From an uncultured delta proteobacterium (GTDB taxonomy: Bacteria; Myxococcota_A; Polyangia; Fen-1088), in assembly GCA_963796685.1 (NCBI GenBank), contig CAWCMR010000015.1:224001-288000 (forward strand): a stretch of 64,000 nucleotides of DNA, read 5' to 3'. Numbering within the stretch: position 1 is the stretch's first letter; each line of letters begins with the position of its first letter. Below, piece by piece: positions 1-8,303 of this stretch. The notes beneath the pieces were generated by a model. That model had not been told where the DNA came from. It saw only the letters and a program-made list of their open reading frames with translations, and did not search any database. The translations under genes were made by a program, and so were the position numbers.

Positions 1-222
1 GCCGTCGGCGAGCAACAGCACGGGCACGCCACGGACGCGTCCAAAGGGGTCAGCGGCTGGCGTCTCTTTGATTTCGCCGCCCAACCCGTGGTGGAGACAT
101 TCGATGAAGCCGTCGCCCCCATCGCTCAGAGGGAATAGTCGATCGCCAGGGCGAGAGAGGTGCCGACAGGCTTGCAAAGGGCCCATGGTTCCCTTGAAAG
201 CGGTGGGCGCGATCAGGCGCAT
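1..222 (-). CDS. Glycerate kinase (GlxK/GarK family), 5' part; runs off the window start
   Basis: Manual translation from ATG at 222: MRLIAPTAFKGTM...FPLSDGGDGF...DPFGR. This matches the family motifs IAPDSFKG, PxxDGGEG and DPLGR. Not in the ORF track. Confidence 0.75.
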   Translation of the reverse strand, partial: MRLIAPTAFKGTMGPLQACRHLSRPGDRLFPLSDGGDGFIECLHHGLGGEIKETPAADPFGRVRGVPVLLLADG

Positions 223-383
223 GTTTTCAACTATCATGCTGTTCGCTGCTCCATGATCAACTTTGAGCTTGGTTTTTGCGCGCTGGTCGGCATGGGTCGC
301 GCTTAGGACAGTCCCTCCGATCCGCCGGGGGTGGAATCGCCGTGGAAATCATAGAAAGATCTGGCATAAGAATCTTGCATAGG

Positions 384-668
384 ATGGACACGGCAGGAGA
401 AACCAGACCGATGGTCCCCCTCAGTGACTATCTTGCGGCTGAGGGGACTCTTCTTGCGTGGATTCGCACCGGGCTGGTTTTGATGCTGGCCGCTCCCACC
501 GTCGCCATCGATCCTCCGCTCAAGGTTTTGATCTGGGAAGATTCTCTGGGAAAAGTCTGGCTTTCTTACAACAGTCCCGAGTACCTGAAGGAGCGGCACG
601 GCTTACCCCAGGCGTTGGCGCAGAACCTCGCGATCGTGGGAACACTGGCAGCCAAAGCGGGTGAGTAA
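384..668 (+). pseudogene. Chimeric ORF: DUF202/YidH-like N-terminal fragment joined to a DUF302 C-terminal fragment
   Basis: DYLAAEGTLLAWIRTGL resembles the DUF202 ERTxLAWxRT motif. AIDPPLKVLIWED..GKVWLSYNSP.YL.ERHGL resembles the DUF302 C-terminus. Both parts are incomplete. Confidence 0.6.
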
Positions 669-708
669 GGCTCCATACTCGTATCCGCTGATTTGGCCGG
701 CGGTTCCT

Positions 709-2098
709 TCATTTTGGCGGTACCGCTGAGAACAGCACGACCAATCCTTCAAGGAGGGTGGGGTGCGCAAGTACGGCCTCACGCAAACCGGTGTAGGGAA
801 GACCGGCAATCATCGCAATCTGGACAGCACCCATGCAGCTCTCCACCATCTACGCCGAAGACTGTGAAACCCAGAATGCGGTCACTCTTCGTATCGATCA
901 ATGCTTTCATGAAACCACGGGTTTCCGACAGCGTGCGCGTTCGCAGGTCGGCGGCCATTGGAATCTTGGCGAGTCGATAGGGCGTTCCGCTCGCCTTGGC
1001 CTCAGTTTCGTTTAGCCCGATTCGCGCCAGCTCAGGGTCTGTGAATAGGCAAAACGGAATCTGGCGCCCGGTAGTCACCCGGTTTCCACCGGCTAGATTA
1101 TCTCTAATGATTCGGAAGTCGTCGAAAGCGATGTGCGTGAACTGGGGGCTCCCCGCGCATTCGCCGATCGCCCAGACGTTCGCTGCGGTTGTCTCCAAGC
1201 GCTCGTTGACTTTTATGTATCCCTGCTCTGTAAGCTCAACCCCCGCGACATCCAAGCCAAGGCCGTCCGTATTCGGAGTGCGGCCAGCGGCGACCAGCAA
1301 ATCCGTGCCTTCGATGAGGCTATTCGAATCACCCTGGCTGACATGAAGCTTCACCGACTGTCCGGACACCCCTTCCACCAGCGAGACCGTGGCATTCATC
1401 ACAAGCTCGATGCCCTCTTCGTCGCAGAGTTCCTTGAGACCAGCGGACACATCCTCGTCTTCTCGGCTCGCCAACCGTTGGTTCCGATCAACAATCGTCA
1501 CGGAACTGCCGAAGCGGCGCATGGCCTGGGCAAGCTCCAAACCCACGTAGCCGCCCCCGAGGACGACGAGATGTTGCGGCAGGTTGCTGAGCTCGAGCGC
1601 CTCAACGTGGGTCAATGGATTTGATTCCCGCAGCCCGGGAATGTCCGCGATGGTCGCGCGAGTGCCGGTGCCGATGACGATCTTCTCGCCTTGAGCTACG
1701 CGAGTGCCCCCTTCGTTGAGGGACACCTCAAGGATCTTGGGCCCGGTGAATCTTGCCGAACCCAGAATCAATTCCGTACCGCTAGACCTGAAGTTGGCGA
1801 CGTGAATGTCGACGAGCTCCCTGACCATTTTGCGCTTGCGATCGCGCACGGCGGACATGTCGACCTGGAAGCCTTCTTTGAATATCCCGAACTCTTCGCT
1901 TCGTCGCAAATAGGAAGCTACTTTCGCGCTGTGAATGATGTTCTTGCTGGGTAGACAGGCGATGTTGGGACATGAGCCGCCGATATACTTTCGGTCGATC
2001 ACAGCTACCCGCTTGCCCTGCCTTCCAAGCGTCCAGGCCAGGAATTTCGACCCCTCTCCGGTGCCTACAATCACGACTTCGTACTGTGGTGTTTCCAT
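709..2098 (-). CDS. Pyridine nucleotide-disulfide oxidoreductase (RclA/YkgC, MerA-like class I), frameshifted near 835
   Basis: GTGEG FAD site, GGSCPNIACLPSK redox-active disulfide, GGGYVGLE. Removing one base near 835 restores MGAVQIAM...AHPTLLEG and a stop at 709. No MerA C-terminal Cys-Cys pair. Confidence 0.85.
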
Positions 2099-2409
2099 CG
2101 CGCAATATCGATTCTAGGAAAAATGTATCCAGAGGAGTGCGTCCGGTGCCACCGCAGAAGCGCCGGCTTCTGCGGTTCCCGACATTTCTACGATGCGGGC
2201 GCGGTCCGGAAGATTCAAGTCGCCCTGGGGTCAACTACGACGGCGGCTATCGTGTGTGCGTAACCGATTCAAGCTTAGCCGCTCTCGAAAAGTAGACCGG
2301 GTGGCGGCTACGTACCTGCGTGCCTTCAGGATGGGATTCTGGGTTCTTGGGTGGGGTAGGGCGGTTAATTTAACAGGGAGCGGCGGAGTGGGGGAGACAG
2401 GCGGCGCGC

Positions 2410-2512
2410 GGATGGACCTGATTTTGCGGGGGTCTTGCCGTTGCCACTGCAGTTTCTGGCAGCCTGGCTGGTGGTCTGGGGCTCGGCCGGGTTCTCCAAG
2501 AGCAAGTCGAGG
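2410..2512 (+). mobile_element. Possible remnant 5' end of an integrase-core (rve) transposase gene
   Basis: LPLPLQFLAAWL.VW followed after a shift by LGRVLQEQVE resembles N-termini of deltaproteobacterial/myxobacterial rve transposases. No catalytic domain follows. Confidence 0.3.
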
Positions 2513-2608
2513 ACACGAATCACCATCATGAGGAACGGAGCCCTCTATTGGACAGCGCCGCCTGGTTCCTGCCCACCCCGTCAACGAAGGTGCAACTGGC
2601 CGCACGGC

Positions 2609-2857
2609 TCAAAGTCGTTCCGCGTCGTGCGCGTGACCGATGGCGGACCGCAGCCCGGGCCCAAGCTTCCGGCAGTCGAACGTCACTTTTTCCGATTGCA
2701 CCGAGACAACGGCATCGACCGGCACCCTGAAGTCCCCGGCATTCTCAACGTAGACGGTGAGAGCGTGGCCATCGGCAGAAATCCCACGTGTTGCCCCGAA
2801 CTCCTCTTCGCCATCCGCGACGAACGTCTGGAAACCGACCTCGATCTTCTCGCGCAT
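2609..2857 (-). CDS. Small hypothetical protein (~82 aa)
   Basis: ATG at 2857 preceded by GAGAGGAG. Protein-like composition: MREKIEVGFQTF...VYVENAGDF...AHDAE. Confidence 0.65.
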   Translation of the reverse strand: MREKIEVGFQTFVADGEEEFGATRGISADGHALTVYVENAGDFRVPVDAVVSVQSEKVTFDCRKLGPGLRSAIGHAHDAERL

Positions 2858-2942
2858 GAAACAGCTCCTCTCCCGAAATCCGGTTTTGCTGCGGTTTAGC
2901 ATCCTTCAGCCATGTTGACACCAAGTTGGGACTTACCACTGT

Positions 2943-3959
2943 TCACGGCCGGCGCTTGGGGATGCGGGCGAGGTGGAGGCCGAACCAGCGTCGCTCGTCG
3001 TGCCAGGTTCGCTCCAGGCGAAAGCCGGTGTCGCCGAGCAAGCGAGCGATCATCGCGTGCGTAAACTTGTAGCTCGACTCGGTGTGAATGCGCTGGCCTG
3101 GCGCGAAGTGAATCTCGGCGCCCACAGTCCCGAGCCACACGCTTTGCTCGCCCACACTGGCCAGATGAAGCTCGATGCGGGAGGCGGCGCGATTCCAGCG
3201 CGCCACGTGCTCGAAACGATCGATATCGAACCTGGCGCCCACGTCGCGGTTGATGCGCACGAGCACGTTCTTGTTGAACCGGGCCGTCACCCCCTGGGCA
3301 TCGTCGTAGGCAGGCACCAAGATCGACCCTGCCTTGCGCAGATCCGTTCCGATGAGCAACGCGTCGCCCGGCAGCAGATGACGTCGGACCGCCCGCAACA
3401 GCTTGCGCGCCGACAGGGGATCATAGTTTCCGATGTTCGACCCCAGAAATAGCAACAATCGCTGTCCAGACGGCGCAGCAAGAAAGCCCAGCTCCTCGGG
3501 ATAGCGGGCCACTACCGGCCGCACGGTCAGCCGCCGGAACTGTTTCAGCTTGGATTGTGCCAGGGACAGCGCCGCAGCCGACACGTCGACCGGCGTATAG
3601 ACAACGCGTGCCTGGCGGTCGAGCAGTGCCGACAGCACCAGCTGTGTTTTCGAAGCAGTGCCCGCGCCCAGCTCGATCACATGCGGAGGCATCCCGGCTG
3701 CCTCGATGATCTCGTCGACATGGCTGGCTAGAATCCCGCGCTCGGTCCGCGTCAGGTAGTACTCGGGAAGCTCGGTGATGTCCTCGAACAGCGCCGAGCC
3801 CTGCGCATCGTAGAGCAGCCAGGGCGGAAGGCGCATGCGAGGCCGCAGCAAGCCCTCGCGCACGGCATCGGCCACGGCGCGTACGGAAGCGGCATCGACC
3901 GAACGAAACGCCGAGGCGGGACGTTGACTGCTCCAGACCTCGGCGCTGGCGATGGTCAC
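2943..3959 (-). CDS. egtD: L-histidine N-alpha-methyltransferase EgtD
   Basis: LYDAQGSALFEDITELPEYYLTRTE, IELGAG...KT, FLGSNIGN, AYDDAQGVTARFNKN, IHTESSYKF. Start overlaps the egtB stop. Confidence 0.93.
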   Translation of the reverse strand: MTIASAEVWSSQRPASAFRSVDAASVRAVADAVREGLLRPRMRLPPWLLYDAQGSALFEDITELPEYYLTRTERGILASHVDEIIEAAGMPPHVIELGAGTASKTQLVLSALLDRQARVVYTPVDVSAAALSLAQSKLKQFRRLTVRPVVARYPEELGFLAAPSGQRLLLFLGSNIGNYDPLSARKLLRAVRRHLLPGDALLIGTDLRKAGSILVPAYDDAQGVTARFNKNVLVRINRDVGARFDIDRFEHVARWNRAASRIELHLASVGEQSVWLGTVGAEIHFAPGQRIHTESSYKFTHAMIARLLGDTGFRLERTWHDERRWFGLHLARIPKRRP

Positions 3960-5215
3960 GCGTCACGCGCCAGGCGAATCCCGCTGGCCTGCCAGCGAGC
4001 CGCTGGCGGAAAGAAGTTGCGATAGGTAGGCCGCACATGACCGGCCGGCGTAAAACACGATCCCCCTCGGAGCACCATTTGGTTGCACATGAATTTTCCG
4101 TTGTACTCGCCGATCGCGCCGGCGGGTGCCCGATAGCCGGGATAGGCAACGTAAGGGCTCTGCGTCCAGACCCACGTGTCCCCGAAAAAGCCGCTGCCTT
4201 GGGTGGCCGGGTGGTAACGCCCGCTGTCGGCGAAATTTCCGATCACAGGTTCCTTGGCTGCGACGTGCTCCCACTCCTCCTCGGTGGGAAGCCGAGCCTC
4301 CGCCCAGCGCGCGAACGCGTCCGCCTCGAAGTAGCTCACGTGGACAACCGGCTCGAGCGGATCGACGGGGCGCGGGCCGGCCATCGTGTAGATCGGCCAC
4401 TCTCGCTCCCCGTGGCTATCGCCCTGGCGCGACCGCCAATAGAGCGGAGCCCGCCACTGTTCCCGCTGGCACAGCTGCCAACCGTCGGAAAGCCAAAGCT
4501 CCGGACGCCGATACCCTCCGTCGCTCATGAAGCGGAGGTACTCCCCGCAGGTGACGAGCCGATCGGCCAGCGCGAAGGAGCGCAAGAACGCCTTGTGCCG
4601 TGGCCCTTCGTTGTCGAAAGCAAAGCCGGGTCCTTCGTGCCCGATCCAGACCACGCCGTCTTCAAAGGTCCGAAACGTCGCGGGCCGATGTTCCGCCTCG
4701 CCGTCCGGCCCGCGGACGTTGTCGCGGTCCGAAAGCGTGCGGTATGCCGGCTGAAGAGGATTGCTGCCGAGGGCGTGTTTGATGTCCGTCAGCAACAGCT
4801 CCTGGTGCTGCTGTTCGTGCTGAAGCCCGAGCTCAATCGTTGACAGGACGGTCGGCGAGGGGTTCCCCTCCTCGAGCAGGCGCATCAGCGCATCGTCCAC
4901 CTGGCGGCGGTAGGCACGAACCTCCGCCAGCGACGGTCGCGACAACGTCCCGCGGCGCGCGCGCTCGAACCTTTCGCCGACGGCGTCGTAGTAAGAATTG
5001 AAGAGCATCCGGTAGCGCGGATCGGGCGAGCGGTATCCGGGGGCCGCGTCCGCGGACAGCACGAAGGTCTCGAAGAACCAACTCGTGTGCGCCAGGTGCC
5101 ACTTGGTCGGGCTGGCGTCCGGCATCGACTGAACTAGCTGATCTTCGGCCGAAAGTGGATCGGCCAGGGCCTCGGTCTGCGCGCGAACGGCACGGTATTG
5201 GTCGAGCAATCGCAT
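3956..5215 (-). CDS. egtB: Ergothioneine biosynthesis sulfoxide synthase EgtB
   Basis: QSMPDASPTKWHLAHTSWFFE, FNSYY, HEQQHQE iron-binding histidines, C-terminal FGE-sulfatase domain (GEYNGKFM, LRGGS, YRNFF). Confidence 0.93.
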   Translation of the reverse strand: MRLLDQYRAVRAQTEALADPLSAEDQLVQSMPDASPTKWHLAHTSWFFETFVLSADAAPGYRSPDPRYRMLFNSYYDAVGERFERARRGTLSRPSLAEVRAYRRQVDDALMRLLEEGNPSPTVLSTIELGLQHEQQHQELLLTDIKHALGSNPLQPAYRTLSDRDNVRGPDGEAEHRPATFRTFEDGVVWIGHEGPGFAFDNEGPRHKAFLRSFALADRLVTCGEYLRFMSDGGYRRPELWLSDGWQLCQREQWRAPLYWRSRQGDSHGEREWPIYTMAGPRPVDPLEPVVHVSYFEADAFARWAEARLPTEEEWEHVAAKEPVIGNFADSGRYHPATQGSGFFGDTWVWTQSPYVAYPGYRAPAGAIGEYNGKFMCNQMVLRGGSCFTPAGHVRPTYRNFFPPAARWQASGIRLARDA

Positions 5216-5327
5216 GAAGAAAGGGAAGGTCGAAGCGGAACGTTCAGATCGTACGAGCTGAAGATAGCGCGGAATTCCGCCGATGCCGGAGATTGCGACG
5301 CGCGGCTATTGCGTTGCAAAATGATGG

Positions 5328-6914
5328 TCAATCGGCCCGCCTGGCCCCGAACCGTCGGCCCGACCGTAACGGCGCCGGAACAAGGACCCGTTCGACCAGA
5401 TCGAACGCACCCTGGACGGCCAGCGCGAGGAGGGAGGCCGGGACCGCGCCTTGCAGGATCAAGGGGAAGTCGTCCAGTCGAATGCCGGTGAAGATGGGCT
5501 GCCCGAAGCCCCCGGCGCCCACCAGCGCCCCCAGGGTCGCGGTTCCGACGTTGATGACGGCGGCGCTCTTGATCCCGGCCAGGATCGTGCCCTGCGCAAG
5601 CGGCAGCTCCACCCGCCAAAGGATTGCCCAGCGTGACAGGCCCAACGCCGCCGCCGAATCGCGTACCGCGGGCGCGATGCCCACCAGGCCAGCGTGGGTG
5701 TTCCGGACGATGGGCAACAAGCTGTAGAGAAACAGCGCCGTCATCGCCGGCAGGGCGCCTATCCCCAAGAGCGGTATCATAAACACCAGCAGGGCCAGCG
5801 ACGGGATTGTTTGCACCACACCGACGGCCGCGAGCACCAGCTTGCCCAGTCCCGGGCGGCGCGCCGCCAGAATCCCCAGTGGCAGCGCCACCAGGATCGC
5901 CGCCAGCAGCGAGAGGCTCACCAGCACCAGATGCTCGCGTGTCCGCTCCGGCACCGCGCTCGTCCAGCTCTCTCGTTGCGCGCGGGGCGCGCGGCCGCCC
6001 AGTTGCGCGACGAAGTCCGCCGCCACCTGGCGCTCGGGCAGGTGATCCAGTTTGGCGCGTGCGTTCATGGCGCACATGGCGGCGATGTCGATCTTGCCTT
6101 CGAGCGTTCGCAGCGCCGCCAACGCCGCGGGCCATTGCTCTTCGGCGTCCAGCCGGTAAAGCAGGATCGCCTCGTACTTGGGGAAGAAGCCGAGGTCGTC
6201 GCGAAGCACGCTCAGATCGTCGCGGCGGATCTCGGCGTCGGTCGCATAGAGATCCGTCACGTCGATGTGATCCTCCGCGAGGCCGCGGTAGGCGAGGTCG
6301 TGGTCCAGTCCTCGAACGTCCTTGGCGGCTAGTCCATAGCGGGCCACGAGCCCCGGCCAACCATCGCGCCGGCTCAGGAATTCGTCGCTGAATCCGAAGC
6401 GAAGCTCGGGGTGTCGCCGCAGGTCGGAGATAGTCTGAATGCCCGCGGCGGCGGCTCGCGCGCGTCGCATCCCAAGCGCATAAGTGTTGTCGAACCCGAA
6501 CGAATTGCTCATCCCGACGCCGTGTGGTCGGAGCGCCGCGCGCAGAGACGCGACGTCCGCGGCGCCCTGTCCGTGCAGGATCTCTTGCAGCACCGTCCCG
6601 GTGTAGTCGGGATAGGCGTCGATGCGGCCCGACACGAGAGCGTCCCAGCACAGCCGCGTGCCCCCGAGCGCCGCTCGATGCTCAGTCGCGACCCCGGCGG
6701 CGGATACCGTCAACGCCACCACCTCGCCCAGGATCACCGACTCGGTGAATGCCTTCGATGCGATTCGGAACGCTGGCCCGGGCGTAGGCTGGGCCGGGAC
6801 GGGCGAGGGCACGAGTGTAGCGTCCGCAGCACGCGCCATGGCCGCTTCGGCAGGCTCCCCTGCCATCAATTTCACGACGACGACAACGCTCAGCTGCCGC
6901 GAGGAGAGCTTCAT
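5328..6914 (-). CDS. Betaine/osmoprotectant-class ABC transporter, substrate-binding domain fused to permease
   Basis: ASKAFTES, YPDYTGT, NTYAL and FFPKY (OpuAC/ProX-type cage), then QTIPSLAL and an EAA-like loop (SAAALG...VELPLA) in the C-terminal membrane part. Confidence 0.88.
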   Translation of the reverse strand: MKLSSRQLSVVVVVKLMAGEPAEAAMARAADATLVPSPVPAQPTPGPAFRIASKAFTESVILGEVVALTVSAAGVATEHRAALGGTRLCWDALVSGRIDAYPDYTGTVLQEILHGQGAADVASLRAALRPHGVGMSNSFGFDNTYALGMRRARAAAAGIQTISDLRRHPELRFGFSDEFLSRRDGWPGLVARYGLAAKDVRGLDHDLAYRGLAEDHIDVTDLYATDAEIRRDDLSVLRDDLGFFPKYEAILLYRLDAEEQWPAALAALRTLEGKIDIAAMCAMNARAKLDHLPERQVAADFVAQLGGRAPRAQRESWTSAVPERTREHLVLVSLSLLAAILVALPLGILAARRPGLGKLVLAAVGVVQTIPSLALLVFMIPLLGIGALPAMTALFLYSLLPIVRNTHAGLVGIAPAVRDSAAALGLSRWAILWRVELPLAQGTILAGIKSAAVINVGTATLGALVGAGGFGQPIFTGIRLDDFPLILQGAVPASLLALAVQGAFDLVERVLVPAPLRSGRRFGARRAD

Positions 6915-7699
6915 TTCGACTGCGGCTCCTGCGCGTGACCGAACGCCAGCAGCGGCTGCGCCGCCACAAACTTCGTGATGAAAGGATCGGTGGGCGAGCG
7001 TACGAGGTCTTCCACGCGTCCCTGTTGCAACACGCGTCCATGCTGCATCAACGCCACTTGGCCCTGATCCCGCGCGAAGAACGCCGCCTCGGAGAGGTCA
7101 TGCGTGACCAGCACCACCGCCTTCGCCGTCTGCTGGAAAACCCGCACCAGATCCTGCTGCAACTCCGCCCGCACCAAGGGATCGATCGACCCCAGGGGCT
7201 CATCGAAGAGCAGCAGGTCGGGGTCCAGCATCAGCGCGCGCATCAAGCTCACGCGCTGCCGCTGACCTCCCGAGAGCTGAAACGGATAACGGGTGAGGGC
7301 GTCGAGAGGAAAACGGGTCAGCGCGGCCAGCTCGGCCTGGCGTTGCTCGATGCGCGCACGCGGCCAGCGCAGGTGCCGGGCCATCAAGCCGACGTTTTGC
7401 TCGACCGTGAGGTGCGGGAATAGCCCGCCCTCTTGCACCACGTAGCCCATCGACCGACGCGCGTGCTGCACGTTGGCCGGGGACAGCGCTTCGCCGCGAA
7501 AGCGGATCTGGCCGGCGTCCGGCCACAGCAGCCCCAGCGCCATCCGCAGCACAGTGGTCTTGCCGCACCCGCTGGGGCCGATCAGCACGAGAGTGTCGCC
7601 AGGGGCCACCGACAGATCGAGCGGCGCGACTGCCAAGACCGCCTCGAAGGTCTTCGAGGCGCCCACGAATTGGAGGAGGGGCGCAACGTTGGTGATCAT
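6911..7699 (-). CDS. ABC transporter ATP-binding subunit (OpuA/ProV-like)
   Basis: GPSGCGKTT, LSGGQRQR, LFDEP, VTHD. Stop overlaps the start of the SBP-permease gene. Confidence 0.9.
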   Translation of the reverse strand: MITNVAPLLQFVGASKTFEAVLAVAPLDLSVAPGDTLVLIGPSGCGKTTVLRMALGLLWPDAGQIRFRGEALSPANVQHARRSMGYVVQEGGLFPHLTVEQNVGLMARHLRWPRARIEQRQAELAALTRFPLDALTRYPFQLSGGQRQRVSLMRALMLDPDLLLFDEPLGSIDPLVRAELQQDLVRVFQQTAKAVVLVTHDLSEAAFFARDQGQVALMQHGRVLQQGRVEDLVRSPTDPFITKFVAAQPLLAFGHAQEPQSK

Positions 7700-7973
7700 T
7701 CGCGCAGGGGGCCAGGTTGCCCCGACTGCCAGCAAGATACGATGGCGGGATCGCCTGCGAAGTTTCACCTAGAACCACCTCGCCCCGCGCAGCGGGCGAG
7801 GGCGCGGCGAAGCCGCGGGGGTTGGGGTTGGGTGGGGTGGACCCGAAGCGCCCCGGGCGGAGAGGTCGCCGAGCGCAGCGCTGCTGCGAAAGTTGCCTCG
7901 CGCGGAGGCAAATGGCGGGCATACTTTCTCCGTTGGCAATCGATGACCGGCACCTCAACCTGGAGATCCGCTC

Positions 7974-8258
7974 ATGAAGAAATCAGACCCGTCCTGTCCC
8001 CATCTCGAAGCCATCAACCCGCACACGCGTCCGAAGTCTCGCGGTTGCGCCGAATGCCTGGCGATGGGGGACGCGTGGGTACACCTGCGCCTGTGCATGC
8101 AGTGCGGGAACGTGGGCTGCTGCGACGACTCGAAGAACCGGCACGCCACCAAGCACTTCCACGCCACCAACCACCCGATCATGCGCTCCCTGGAACCCGG
8201 CGAGACCTGGGGCTGGTGCTTCGTCGACAACCTCGGCTTCGACCCGTTGCTCGAATAG
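7974..8258 (+). CDS. UBP-type zinc finger domain protein
   Basis: CPH...CAEC...WVHLRLCMQCGNVGCCDDS.NRHATKH...S.EPGE.W.WCFVD. Confidence 0.88.
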   Translation: MKKSDPSCPHLEAINPHTRPKSRGCAECLAMGDAWVHLRLCMQCGNVGCCDDSKNRHATKHFHATNHPIMRSLEPGETWGWCFVDNLGFDPLLE

Positions 8259-8303
8259 CGTCCGAATAGCCGCGCAAACGAGGCGCCGGCAACGCTCCCG
8301 CGC

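Noticed and set aside
709-2098. Mercuric reductase merA
   Set aside because: No C-terminal Cys-Cys pair, no N-terminal metal-binding domain and no mer operon genes; better described as RclA/YkgC-like.
2151-2176. Structured ncRNA upstream of the oxidoreductase
   Set aside because: Only a single GC-rich hairpin (ACCGCAGAAG/CTTCTGCGGT); no recognisable riboswitch or RNA family features.
3956-5215. Selenoneine (senA) or ovothiol (ovoA) synthase
   Set aside because: No senB/selD neighbours and no C-terminal methyltransferase; adjacent egtD supports egtB.
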